This document shows positions 45,601 through 54,630 of a stretch of DNA of 64,000 nucleotides, piece by piece. A program made the translations under genes and the position numbers. Source of the stretch: an uncultured Candidatus Rokubacteria bacterium (GTDB lineage: Bacteria; Methylomirabilota; Methylomirabilia; Rokubacteriales; CSP1-6); assembly GCA_963747235.1 (NCBI GenBank), contig CAVVEU010000013.1:64001-128000 (forward strand), written 5' to 3'. The notes below the pieces were generated by a model. The model did not search any database. It saw only the letters and a list, made by a program, of their open reading frames with translations, and was not told where the DNA came from. Position 1 is the stretch's first letter. Each line of letters begins with the position of its first letter.

Positions 45601-48600
45601 ATCGCGGGGTCGGAGTAGAGGATCCGGCTCGCCAGGTCCTGGAACAGATGGGCCTCGTGCGGGTCGATGCCCAGGTGGTGGAGCTGCACCTGCGCCTGGG
45701 TCCAGGCCAGGGTGACGGTGCGCTCGAACGTCGCGGGGTCGCGATACTTGTCGGCCAGGGCCACCGCGGCCTCGCGGGAGGCGGCGACGAGCGTGGAGAA
45801 GATGAGGCGGGCGCACTCGCCCGGGGCGAGCCGGATCCGGCGCCGCAGGCTGAAGATCGGATCGAGCACCGAGCCCGCGGTGTTCGACAGGGGCCGGCCG
45901 TCGATGACCGACATCGGCGTGCGGATCGTGCGGCCGCGGCCCAGGAAGCGGGCCCGGTCCGTCTCGTACTGGGCGCCGCCCGCGGGCTGGCCTTCCACCA
46001 CGACGGTGTGGGCCGCCCACACCGGGGTCTCCGCCGGCGCGCGGAGCCGGCGGGTGGCCAGGAGCGCGCCGAGATCGGCGAGCAGCTCGGTCTGGACGAA
46101 CAGGTTGGAGAAGGCGGGGTGGGCGGAGTCGGCCGCCGGCGCGGCGAGCTGGAGCTCGGCGTAGGAGGTGAGCTCGATCTCTCGCACCCGGTCTCCCAGG
46201 TTCGTGACCGAGACGCGCCGGATCTCGGCGTCGTCCTCGGGCGAGACGATGACCTCGAGCGCGGTCGCGATCGTGCCGTCCAGGCGATAGAACTCCGCGC
46301 GGTCCTCCGAGAACGTGGCACGGTAGACGGTCGGCTCGACGCCGGTGGGCTGGTAGGCGGCCGACCAGACCGCGCCGGTCTCGACGTCGCGCAGGAACAC
46401 GTACGTCCCCCACGGATCCCGCGTCACGTCCTCGCGCCATCGCGTGACGCCGAGCCCGGCGCACCGGCTGTAGCCCGATCCCGCGGTGGTCAGCATCACC
46501 GCGTAGCGCCCGTTGGAGAGAAGATGCGTCCGGGGGGCGGGCCCGTGGGGCGTGGTGAAGCGGCGGAAGACGGGCTCCACGAACTCGCGGACGTGCGCCG
46601 GCACGTCCACTTCCTCGAGCCGGGGGCGGGCGACCGCGACGTCGCGGGGCGCGCGCTCCTGCAGGAGCAGGTCCGTGGCCTGGATGATGGGCTCGGCGTG
46701 GAACCGCGCGCGCATGATCCCGTCGTGGAGCACGTTCCCCAGGGCGATGAGCGTCATGCCCTGGTGGTGGGCCATGTAGGCGCGCACGATCGCCACCGTC
46801 GCGCCGTCCGGCACCCGCGACGGGGTGTAGTCGAGGGCCTCGTAGAAGCCGTACGGCCCGCGCGCGCCCGACCGCGGCGAGGGCGGAGAAGTTCCGCGCC
46901 GCCGCGACCGGGTCGATCATCGCGGCGAGCGCGGTCGCGTAGGGGGCCACGACCAGGTCCTCGCCCAGGCCGCGCTCGAGACCCAGGCCCGGCACGCCGA
47001 AGTTCGAGTACTGGAAGGTGAGGTCCAGATCGCGGACGTTATAGGCCGATTCGGAGACGCCCCAGGGCACGCCGTTGTCGGCGCCGTAGCTCATCTGGCG
47101 CTGGACCACGAGCCGGCACGTGTCCTCGAGGAGACTGCCCGCCGGGGCGTCCATCACGAGCTCGGGCATCAGGTACTCGAACATCGAGCCCGACCAGGAC
47201 ACGAGGACCGAGCCGAGCCCGACCGGGGTCATCTGGCGGCCGAGGTGGAACCAGTGCGAGACGGGGACGTCGCCCTTGGCGATGGCGATGAAGCTCGCGA
47301 GCCGCGCTTCCGAGGCGAGGAGGTCGTAGGCGCTGCCGTCGAGGCTGCCGTCGGAGACGCGATAGCCGATCGAGAAGATCTTGCGGGTCGGGTCGAAGAG
47401 GAAGCCGAACTGCATGGCCTCGAAGAGCTCGGTGGTCGCCCGGGCGACGGCCAGCAGGCGGCCGGCGAGCGATTGAGCGGCCGCGGAGGAGCGCGCCAGG
47501 CCTCCGATGAGCGCGTCGATGCGCGCGATCGGGCCCGCCGACTGTTCGGCGCCCGCGCGGAGGGCGGCGTCGCGAGCGGCGGTGAGCTCGTCGATCGCGA
47601 CGCGGCAGCGCTCGGGCAGATCGGCCGGGCTGGGCGGCGAGGCGAAGAGCCGGCCGAGCGCGCTCGCGACCTCGGGGGGCGCGCCCGCGATGTCGGCCCA
47701 GGGCATCAGGGTCTCGACGTCGCGCGCGTGGCTGGCGACGGTGGCGCGCGCCGCCTGGGCCCAGACCAGGACGCCGGCGCCCCCGCCGCCGTCGCCGCTG
47801 GTCGTGAGCACGCGCGCGATGTCCACCAGGGTGTCGGCGTACCCCGCGAGCCGTCGGACGCGGGCGGACCGTCTCCGCCGGGCTCCCCGCGTCGTCGCGA
47901 AGCGCCGCGCCCAGGGTGTCGCGGGCCTCGGCGAGCTGGCGGACGGTCACGGTCTGGCTGCGGTGACTATCCGCGAGCGCGGTGGCGGCCTCCCCGACGA
48001 GATGGAGGGCGTCGTCGATGCCCGCGACCAGGTCCCGGTGCGGAAGCGGATCGTGGACCGCGCCGCGACACGCGCTGCCGAGGGCGAGGAGATGCGCGGC
48101 GAGGTTACCGCTGTCCACGGTGGAGACGTAGCGGGGCTCCAGCGGGCGCAGCCCGGTCGTGTCGTACCAGTTGTAGAAGTGGCCGCGGAAGCGCTCGAGG
48201 CGGCGCATCGTCGCCAGGGTCGCCTCGAGGCGCTCCACCGTGTCGAGGAGGCCCAGCCAGCCGAAGTCCCGGGCCGAGATCACCGCCAGCAGATAGAGCC
48301 CGATGTTGGTGGGAGACGTGCGGTGCGCCAGGACGGGCCGGGGATCCTCCTGGAAGTTGTCGGGCGGCAGGAAGGTGTCGTCGTGCCCGACGAAGGACTC
48401 GAAGAAGCGCCAGGTGCGGCGCGCGGTCGAGCGAAGGACGACGGAGTCCTCGGGGGAGAGCCGCTGCTGGGGCGACGGCACCGGCGGGCGGCTGACCCAT
48501 CGGGCCACCGCGGGGGAGAGGCTCCAGAGCAGGAGGAAGGGCGCGGCCACCGCGAGGCTGCTCGGCCGCAGCCAGACCACGAGCGCGCCGGCGGCCGCGG

Positions 48601-51467
48601 CGACGACGAGCGCCCCGCCCATGCGCCGGTACGCGCCGGTGATGTCCCGGGAGAGGTCCGACTTGGTCTGCGCGGCGGTGGTCCATTCCAGCAGCCGGCG
48701 GCGGGTCAGGTACAGGCGCACGAGCGTGCGTCCGATCGCGTCGCCCATGAGCCAGGCCTGGTGCGCGAGGAAGGTGATGGCGAGCGCGATCTGAGACGCC
48801 GCGATCGTGAAGGTCCGCCCGACGCTCCGCAAGTGGGTCCGCTTCGAGATGCCCGACCGCTTGGGGATGATCTCGTCGAACGTCGGGAAGGAGGGATGGG
48901 AGCGCGATGGTGGCGAGGACGAACGCGGTCCACACCAGCGGGAGACCGTGAGGGAGCAGCCAGCCCACGATGAGGGTGAGCCCGGCGGCCGGCGCCGACA
49001 AGGTCCGGCGGAGGTTGTCGGTGATCTTCCACAGGCCGACCGGCGGGATCCAGGTCGGCCGCGCCCCCGCGCGGGTGTCGCCCCGGATCATCCAGGGGAG
49101 GAGCTGCCAGTCTCCGCGCGCCCAGCGGTACTGGCGTCCGGCCGCGACCTCGTAGTCGGTGGGGAACTCCTCGAAGAGCTCGATGTCGGTGACGAGTCCG
49201 GCTCGCGCGAAGATCCCCTCGAAGAGATCGTGGCTCAGGAGGGAGTTCTCGGGAACGCGATCCTTGAGCGCGGCGGTGAACGCGGCCACGTCGTAGATGC
49301 CCTTCCCGGTGTACGAGCCCTCGCCGAAGAGGTCCTGGTAGACGTCGGAGGTCGCGGTGGCGTAGGGATCGATCCCGGCGGGCCCGGCGAAGATCCGCTG
49401 GAAGAGCGAGCGGTCACGATCCGAGGGGATCGTGGGCGTGATCCGGGGCTGCAGGATCGCGTAGCCGTCCACCACGCGCCCGGCGCGGGCGTCGAAGACC
49501 GGCCGGTTCAGCGGATGGGCCATCGTGCCGACGAGGCGATTGACCGCGCCGCGCGGCAGGCGCGTGTCGGCGTCGAGGGTGATGACGTAGCGGACTCCGG
49601 TGGGTACCGCGGGCGCCGGGCCCCGCGGCGTCTCGAACGCCGGTCCTCCGGTGCCGGTCAGGAGCTGGTTGAGCTGGTCGAGCTTTCCGCGCTTGCGCTC
49701 CCAGCCCATCCACGTGCCCTCGCGCGCGTTCCAGGCTCGACGGCGATGGAGCAGGAGGAAGCGCTCGCCGCCGGGAAGGGCCGGGCCGCTGCGCGCGTTG
49801 AGGCGGGCGATGCCGTCCGCGGCCAGCGCGAGGAGCCGATCGTCCTCCGGCGTGCGCTCGGTGGACGCGTCCCTCCAGTCCGAGAGCAGGACGAAGTGGA
49901 CGTGGCCGTCCGGGTTGGCGAGATAGTGGATCTCCAGGCGGTTGATGTGCTCCTCGATCTCGTCGGCGCCGGTCAGGAGCGTGGGCACGACCACGAGGGT
50001 GCGCATGCCCGCGGGCACGCCCTCGGCCAGCTCGAGACGCGGGAGCGGGGTCGGACCGATCAGGTCCATGACCGCGCGATTGATGAGGGCGAGCGCCAGA
50101 TCGGAGGCCGGGATCACCGCGAGGAGTCCGAGCAGGGCCAGGGCGCCGGGGCTCATGCCGGCGGTGTGCCCGGCCAGGAGCGGGAGGGCCAGGAGGAGGC
50201 CGGTCACGGTGGCGATGGTCGTCAGGTAGCCCGGCGTCGCGCCGGACAGGAACACGCGGAGGAACCGCTGGCCCGGTGGCGCGCGGTAGCCGGTCTCGGC
50301 TTCCAGCACGGTGCGCCCCTGGGCGAGCAGGTAGTAGCCGGGATCGGTCGAGCGTGCCGCGGGCGCCGCGTCGCTGCGCGGCACGTCCGCGATCGCGCGC
50401 CGGGCGTGGGCCATCACCAGCCGGGTGACGTCGAGCTCGGACCGCCGGGAGCCGCGCGCGAGGTCCTCGATCACGTGACGGTACTGATCGCGGGTGGCGA
50501 AGTCCATCGCGCGGAAGGTGCGGTCGGCGCGGAGCAGGTCGTCCACCAGGCTGACGCTCTCGAAGAAGTCGGCCCAGTCGAACGTGGCCATCATCCGCAT
50601 GCTCGTGATCACGTTGCGGACGGTCACGTTCAGGGCGGCCTGGTTCTGGTGCTCGAGCTGCACGAGCGCGTCGGCCGAGGTGCCGAGCGCGGTGAGCTGC
50701 TCGTCGAGCCACCGCAGCGCGGGGGTGGACTCGGGATCCTGCTCGCGCAGCCGCTGCACGAGGTTCACCATGAAGGCGCGCGACAGGCGCGCGGTCTCGA
50801 TTCGCTGGAAGGCGAGCGGGCGCCGCGTCCGTCCGCCGAGTCCGAGCAGCTCGTCGGCCAGCGCGTCGGCCCCGAGTCGCGCGGCCCGCCCATTCACGAT
50901 GCGCTCGGCCAGGCGCCGGAGGTTCTCCACGAGCACGAGGCGAAGCGCGATCGGGATGGCCCAGAGCTCGCCGATGGTCAGGGGCTGCACGCGCTGGAAC
51001 CGGCGCACGAAGCGCTGGAGCGTCTCCGGCTCCAGGCGGCTGTCGGTGTGGGCGATGAACTCCCAGGCCAGGCCGAGCACGCGGGGATACCCCTGCAGCG
51101 GCTCCTCCGCGAGCTTGGGGAGCTGGCGGTAGAACCCGCGCGGGAGGTCCTCGCGAACCTGCCGCACCACCTCGTCCGCGACGTGGTAGTTGTCGACGAA
51201 CCATTCCGCGGCCGGCGTGATGGCCCCTTCCTCCCGGATCACCGCCGCGATCTCGCGATAGCACTGCAGGAGGACGCGTCCGCTGTCGCGCACGCGGGGC
51301 GAGAGGAGGCGCCCGGAGGTGCCGCCGGCCAGGACCGGGCGGCTCGCGACGCGCTCCGCGAGCTCCTCCAGGCGCTCGGGGCTCAGGAGCTCGGTGCGGA
51401 TCGGCTCCTGGGACTCGCGGGAGAGGGGAGACGGGACGGCGGGCGACCGGAAGCCTCGGAGATGCAT
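42685..51467 (-). CDS. ndvB: Cyclic beta-1,2-glucan synthase (Cgs/NdvB/ChvB; GT84 + GH94), several frameshifts
   Basis: [122 protein letters not shown]. Confidence 0.95.
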
Positions 51468-51561
51468 GCTGCGTTCAGCCTCCCGAGGTCCACATCTGCG
51501 ATTGAATGTACCATGATATAAGCTACATAACCGACATAGGGGATACCGTGATCGTTATCGC

Positions 51562-51590
51562 TTGACAGTACGGAGATCGCCCTGTAATGT
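51562..51590 (+). promoter_or_regulatory. Sigma70 promoter of the cold-shock gene
   Basis: TTGACA-N17-TAATGT, about 180 nt upstream of the ATG. Confidence 0.7.
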
Positions 51591-51596
51591 GACGGG

Positions 51597-51773
51597 CGGT
51601 GCTGATTCACCCGGCTTTCGGTTGCAGCGAGCAGACGAATACGATTCGCGACTAACGCCGCGCGGGTATCAAGCCGCTCGGCGTTTTTGTTTGTCCTCCA
51701 CTCCTGGAGGGCGCCCTCGCCATGGTGGCGAGGTTTCACCGAGGCGAAAGCCTCAGAATAAGAGGTCGGTTCA
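51597..51773 (+). promoter_or_regulatory. Long structured csp 5' leader with terminator-like hairpin
   Basis: Hairpin 51654-51684 plus U-rich tract, then stems at 51693-51712, 51715-51733 and 51741-51754 (GAAA loop). Confidence 0.65.
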
Positions 51774-51974
51774 ATGGCACAGGGCACGGTCAAGTGGTTC
51801 AACGATGCGAAGGGTTACGGCTTCATTACCCAGGAGGGTGGCGAGGACGTCTTCGTGCATTTCAACGCCATTCAGGCGCAGGGCTTCAAGAGCCTGGCCG
51901 AGGGCGACAAGGTCGAGTTCGAAGTGACCAAGGGCCCCAAGGGGCTCCAGGCCGCGAACGTTCGGAAGGCCTGA
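51774..51974 (+). CDS. cspA: Cold-shock protein (CspA family)
   Basis: [15 protein letters not shown] (RNP1), DVFVHF (RNP2), KGLQAANV. Confidence 0.97.
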   Translation: MAQGTVKWFNDAKGYGFITQEGGEDVFVHFNAIQAQGFKSLAEGDKVEFEVTKGPKGLQAANVRKA

Positions 51975-51995
51975 CGAAAACCCCGCGTCAAACGG

Positions 51996-52030
51996 AAGGC
52001 CGGGTCCCCTTCGGGGGGCCCGGCCTTTTT
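51996..52030 (+). terminator. Rho-independent terminator
   Basis: AAGGCCGGGTCCCC-TTCG-GGGGGCCCGGCCTT followed by a T-run. Confidence 0.9.
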
Positions 52031-52044
52031 CATGTCCGCCCGGT

Positions 52045-52078
52045 CCAGAACGTAGATCTAGCCAGAACGTAAATCTAG
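52045..52078. repeat. Tandem 17-bp direct repeat
   Basis: CCAGAACGTAGATCTAG / CCAGAACGTAAATCTAG. Confidence 0.8.
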
Positions 52079-52087
52079 CAGGTCGGT

Positions 52088-52252
52088 CTAGCGGGCGCTC
52101 TCGTCACGGAGCTGCCACCCGAGCCCGACGAAGCTCAGCACGACGCCGAGCCAGAAGGCCACCTCGCGGGTCGAGGTGCCGTCGCCGAGGTGGCCGATGA
52201 CGACGAAGGCGAGCCCGACCGCGAGGAGTACGTGCTTCGGCTTGATCGCCAT
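52088..52252 (-). CDS. Small two-TM membrane protein
   Basis: MAIKPKHVLLAVGLAFVVIG..VAFWLGVVLSFVGLGWQ. Confidence 0.6.
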   Translation of the reverse strand: MAIKPKHVLLAVGLAFVVIGHLGDGTSTREVAFWLGVVLSFVGLGWQLRDESAR

Positions 52253-52272
52253 GACGCGGCCCCGGGCGGCCC

Positions 52273-52431
52273 CTAGGCTTCCCGATCGTTGGCCAGGCGG
52301 CCCCACTTCTTCTTCGCGAAGTTGAAGAGCCACACGCTGCCGGAGGAATCCAGCGCGTACAGCAGGGTCGGCGACAGGGGGGCTACCGTCGTCGCGATCT
52401 GGACGAACTTGGGCTGCCCTCGGGGGTCCAT
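52273..52431 (-). CDS. 52-aa protein (QI..LxxLDxxGxVW family)
   Basis: GGAGGAG RBS; MDPRGQPKFVQIATTVAPLSPTLLYALDSSGSVWLFNFAKKKWGRL. Confidence 0.7.
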   Translation of the reverse strand: MDPRGQPKFVQIATTVAPLSPTLLYALDSSGSVWLFNFAKKKWGRLANDREA

Positions 52432-52495
52432 GGGGTCTCCTCCGTGCGTAGCGAGAGCGGGCGCGGCAAGGTCGTCGAAGGGAGAGGCAACCGGA

Positions 52496-52552
52496 TTGCC
52501 GGGCACCATGTATGTATGATATAACTTAAATAACAATAAGAACGTATATTCG
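52496..52552. promoter_or_regulatory. AT-rich divergent promoter region
   Basis: TTGCCG-N18-TATAAC on plus; TATCAT on minus; locally very AT-rich. Confidence 0.5.
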
Positions 52553-52614
52553 CGGCCCGCGCATCCCGAAAGACGCCGGTACGCCGGGATACGTCTGGGG
52601 ATATGGAGATCGCA

Positions 52615-52905
52615 ATGTTCGAGGACAGAGCCAGGGTCCTGCTCATTCTCCCTCAAGACGTTCTCGACCGGGCGCGCGTGTTCGCGGGCGAAGCGATGAC
52701 GAAGCTGAAGGGCCCCGTGAGCCTGCAGATGGTGCTGCGCGCGCTCATCGACCAGGGGCTCCGGCGCGATCGCGACCGGGCCCTCCTGACCAACATCGAG
52801 GTGCAGATGCGGGCGGTCCGGGAAGTCCGGAGCCGCGGCCGCCGGCCCGCCGTGATGGCGCGCGCCACGCGGGCGGGTGCCCGGGCGAGCGGGCGAAGGA
52901 GCTGA
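52615..52905 (+). CDS. Ribbon-helix-helix-like DNA-binding protein
   Basis: RVLLILPQDVLDRAR..PVSLQMVLRALIDQGL (strand-helix-helix pattern); basic tail; GGAG RBS. Confidence 0.6.
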   Translation: MFEDRARVLLILPQDVLDRARVFAGEAMTKLKGPVSLQMVLRALIDQGLRRDRDRALLTNIEVQMRAVREVRSRGRRPAVMARATRAGARASGRRS

Positions 52906-53172
52906 ATGGCCGCGACGATCTTCACGGTGGGAGACTTCATCCGGCGGGTCGTGGACAGCCTCCTCCGTGGTGATTGCCGGGGCAAGTTCCTCTGCGCGCG
53001 GTGCCTGGTCAAGCTGACCAAGGGCCACCTGGACCGGAGCTACACGACCCGCGAGGTGGTGGAGGTGATGGAGGAGATCTTCGTGGCGCCCGCGCCGTTG
53101 ACGCACGCGCCGGCCTCCACCTGCGCCGCCTGCGCGCGGAAGAAGGTCCCGTGCCTCGCGGCGGCGGCGTGA
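52906..53172 (+). CDS. Small CxxC..CxxC Zn-binding protein, paralog 3
   Basis: FTVGDFIRR..LLRG..FLCARCLV..EV..VMEEIF.AP..CAAC..PCL. Confidence 0.8.
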   Translation: MAATIFTVGDFIRRVVDSLLRGDCRGKFLCARCLVKLTKGHLDRSYTTREVVEVMEEIFVAPAPLTHAPASTCAACARKKVPCLAAAA

Positions 53173-53199
53173 CGGCCGGTCAGTGGCGATAGAGGCCGA

Positions 53200-53463
53200 T
53201 CAGAGGTAGGGCGAGCCGAGGCAGGGCTTGACGTTCCGGCAGGCGGCGCACCGGAACGCGGCCCGGGATTCCATGGGGACGCCGGGTGTCGCGTAGACCC
53301 GGTCCATCGCCCGGGTGATCTCGGCCGGGCGCCATCCCGGGTGCAGGCTCTCGAGGGTCATCGCGACGAGGCAGGGCAGGCAGACGAAGGTGTTCCGGTA
53401 CTTGACGCTGCGGAGAATGCGCTGCAGCGAGTGCCGGACGAACTCTTCGGTGGTGTAGGTCAT
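53200..53463 (-). CDS. Small CxxC..CxxC Zn-binding protein, paralog 4 (probably leaderless)
   Basis: MTYTTEEFVR..FVCLPCLV..GWRPAEI..AM..PG..CAAC..PCL; promoter TTGCTT-N18-CATACT ends 8 nt before the ATG. Confidence 0.8.
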   Translation of the reverse strand: MTYTTEEFVRHSLQRILRSVKYRNTFVCLPCLVAMTLESLHPGWRPAEITRAMDRVYATPGVPMESRAAFRCAACRNVKPCLGSPYL

Positions 53464-53548
53464 CCGGACAAAGTATGCGCCACCGCGCGGCGGTGAAGCA
53501 AGCGTCAGGCGAGCGAGGGGGACGATCATGGGGGGCAGAAATCGAGTG

Positions 53549-54022
53549 ATGGCGCGGCGGCACTTCATGGGGAACCGGACCTACAAGGGGCTGACCTATA
53601 CCCTGGAGCTGGAGGCCATCGAGGAGAACGTGTTCAAGGCGCACGCGAGGCTGTCGCCCTCCGGCCCGGAGGTCTCCATCGTGCACGAGACCTCGGACAC
53701 CGCGCTCAAGCAGGCCGAGGCCGGGATCCGGCAGGTGATCGAGCAGCGCGAGGCGGGCACCGTCGTGCGCGAGCGTCTGCCCGAGCGCACGTACGGAGAC
53801 GTCAAGTACACGATCATCGTGCGGACCGAAGCGACGCGCGTGGTGGCCGAGCTCTACTTCATCCGCGCCAACGCGCAGCCGCGCCGCCCGGGCCCCGGCA
53901 CCTTCTTCGCCCTCTTCGAGGGCAAGACCAAGCAGGGCGCCATCGGACAGGCGGAGCGGGGACTCAAGGCCAAGCTCGACAAGGAGCGTACGGGCACCAC
54001 GGCGGCGCGCTCCAGCCGGTAG
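53549..54022 (+). CDS. Hypothetical protein made of two internal repeats; start uncertain (53528/53549/53567)
   Basis: RTYKGLTYTL..TALKQAEAGIRQVIE and RTYGDVKYTI..GAIGQAERGLKAKLD. Confidence 0.7.
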   Translation: MARRHFMGNRTYKGLTYTLELEAIEENVFKAHARLSPSGPEVSIVHETSDTALKQAEAGIRQVIEQREAGTVVRERLPERTYGDVKYTIIVRTEATRVVAELYFIRANAQPRRPGPGTFFALFEGKTKQGAIGQAERGLKAKLDKERTGTTAARSSR

Positions 54023-54024
54023 CA

Positions 54025-54312
54025 ATGCCTGAGCCGGGCCTGGGCCTGAGTGCCTTGTGGGAGGAGCGCGACTACAAGGCGTGCGGAGCCTCGATGGAGT
54101 GCCGGGGACGCTTCATCCTCGGGAAGCTGTTCGACCGTGACACGCGGATGCTCAAGGCCGCGTGGCTCGCCGCCTTCGGCACGCGGGTGCTCGGCCCGCC
54201 CGAGATCCGGACCGACGAGATCACGAAGGCCCAGTGGGGGATGATCCTGTCCCACATGGGCGCCAGCCAGGACGAGATCGCCGACGTCCAGACCCGGATG
54301 GGTCGAATCTGA
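54025..54312 (+). CDS. Hypothetical protein (95 aa)
   Basis: Starts 2 nt after the previous stop; GC3-rich codon use. Confidence 0.6.
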   Translation: MPEPGLGLSALWEERDYKACGASMECRGRFILGKLFDRDTRMLKAAWLAAFGTRVLGPPEIRTDEITKAQWGMILSHMGASQDEIADVQTRMGRI

Positions 54313-54542
54313 CGACTCCTTTGAACCTCTGGCCCCTGGCCCGCGACCTACGGGCAGAAGGTCAGGGGCGGCGAGGCCGCCGGAAAGGAGACGGTCTCTC
54401 GGGATGGCGGGACAACATCGTGGCCGTCCCGGCCGGCACTCCGGGCCCCAGGCCGGGCTTGAACGTGGGGTTGGGCACCATCGACGGGCGCAGGGTGAAC
54501 CCCAAGGCCAACGTGCTCCGGTAGCCTCTCGCATCACTTGGC

Positions 54543-54577
54543 GATTCCGGCCGGCGGAGCCTCCGCCGGCCGGAATC
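54543..54577. repeat. Perfect 16-bp inverted repeat
   Basis: GATTCCGGCCGGCGGA-gcc-TCCGCCGGCCGGAATC. Confidence 0.8.
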
Positions 54578-54630
54578 ATGTTCGCGACCGGTTGACCGCG
54601 GTCGCGGACCACTGCATGATCGGCAGCCAC

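Noticed and set aside
44148-51521. Very long plus-strand ORFs (957 and 904 aa), and similar ones at 59694-62237 and 31280-33202
   Set aside because: Antisense shadows of real genes in high-GC DNA; no recognisable domains.
52539-52552. LexA (Cheo) box AGAACGTATATTCG
   Set aside because: One mismatch in the core GTTC, a single occurrence, no SOS genes nearby, and the LexA motif of this lineage is unknown to me.
40028-54312. Prophage or plasmid origin for the small-gene island
   Set aside because: No integrase, structural, Rep or partition genes and no att sites seen; composition resembles the host.
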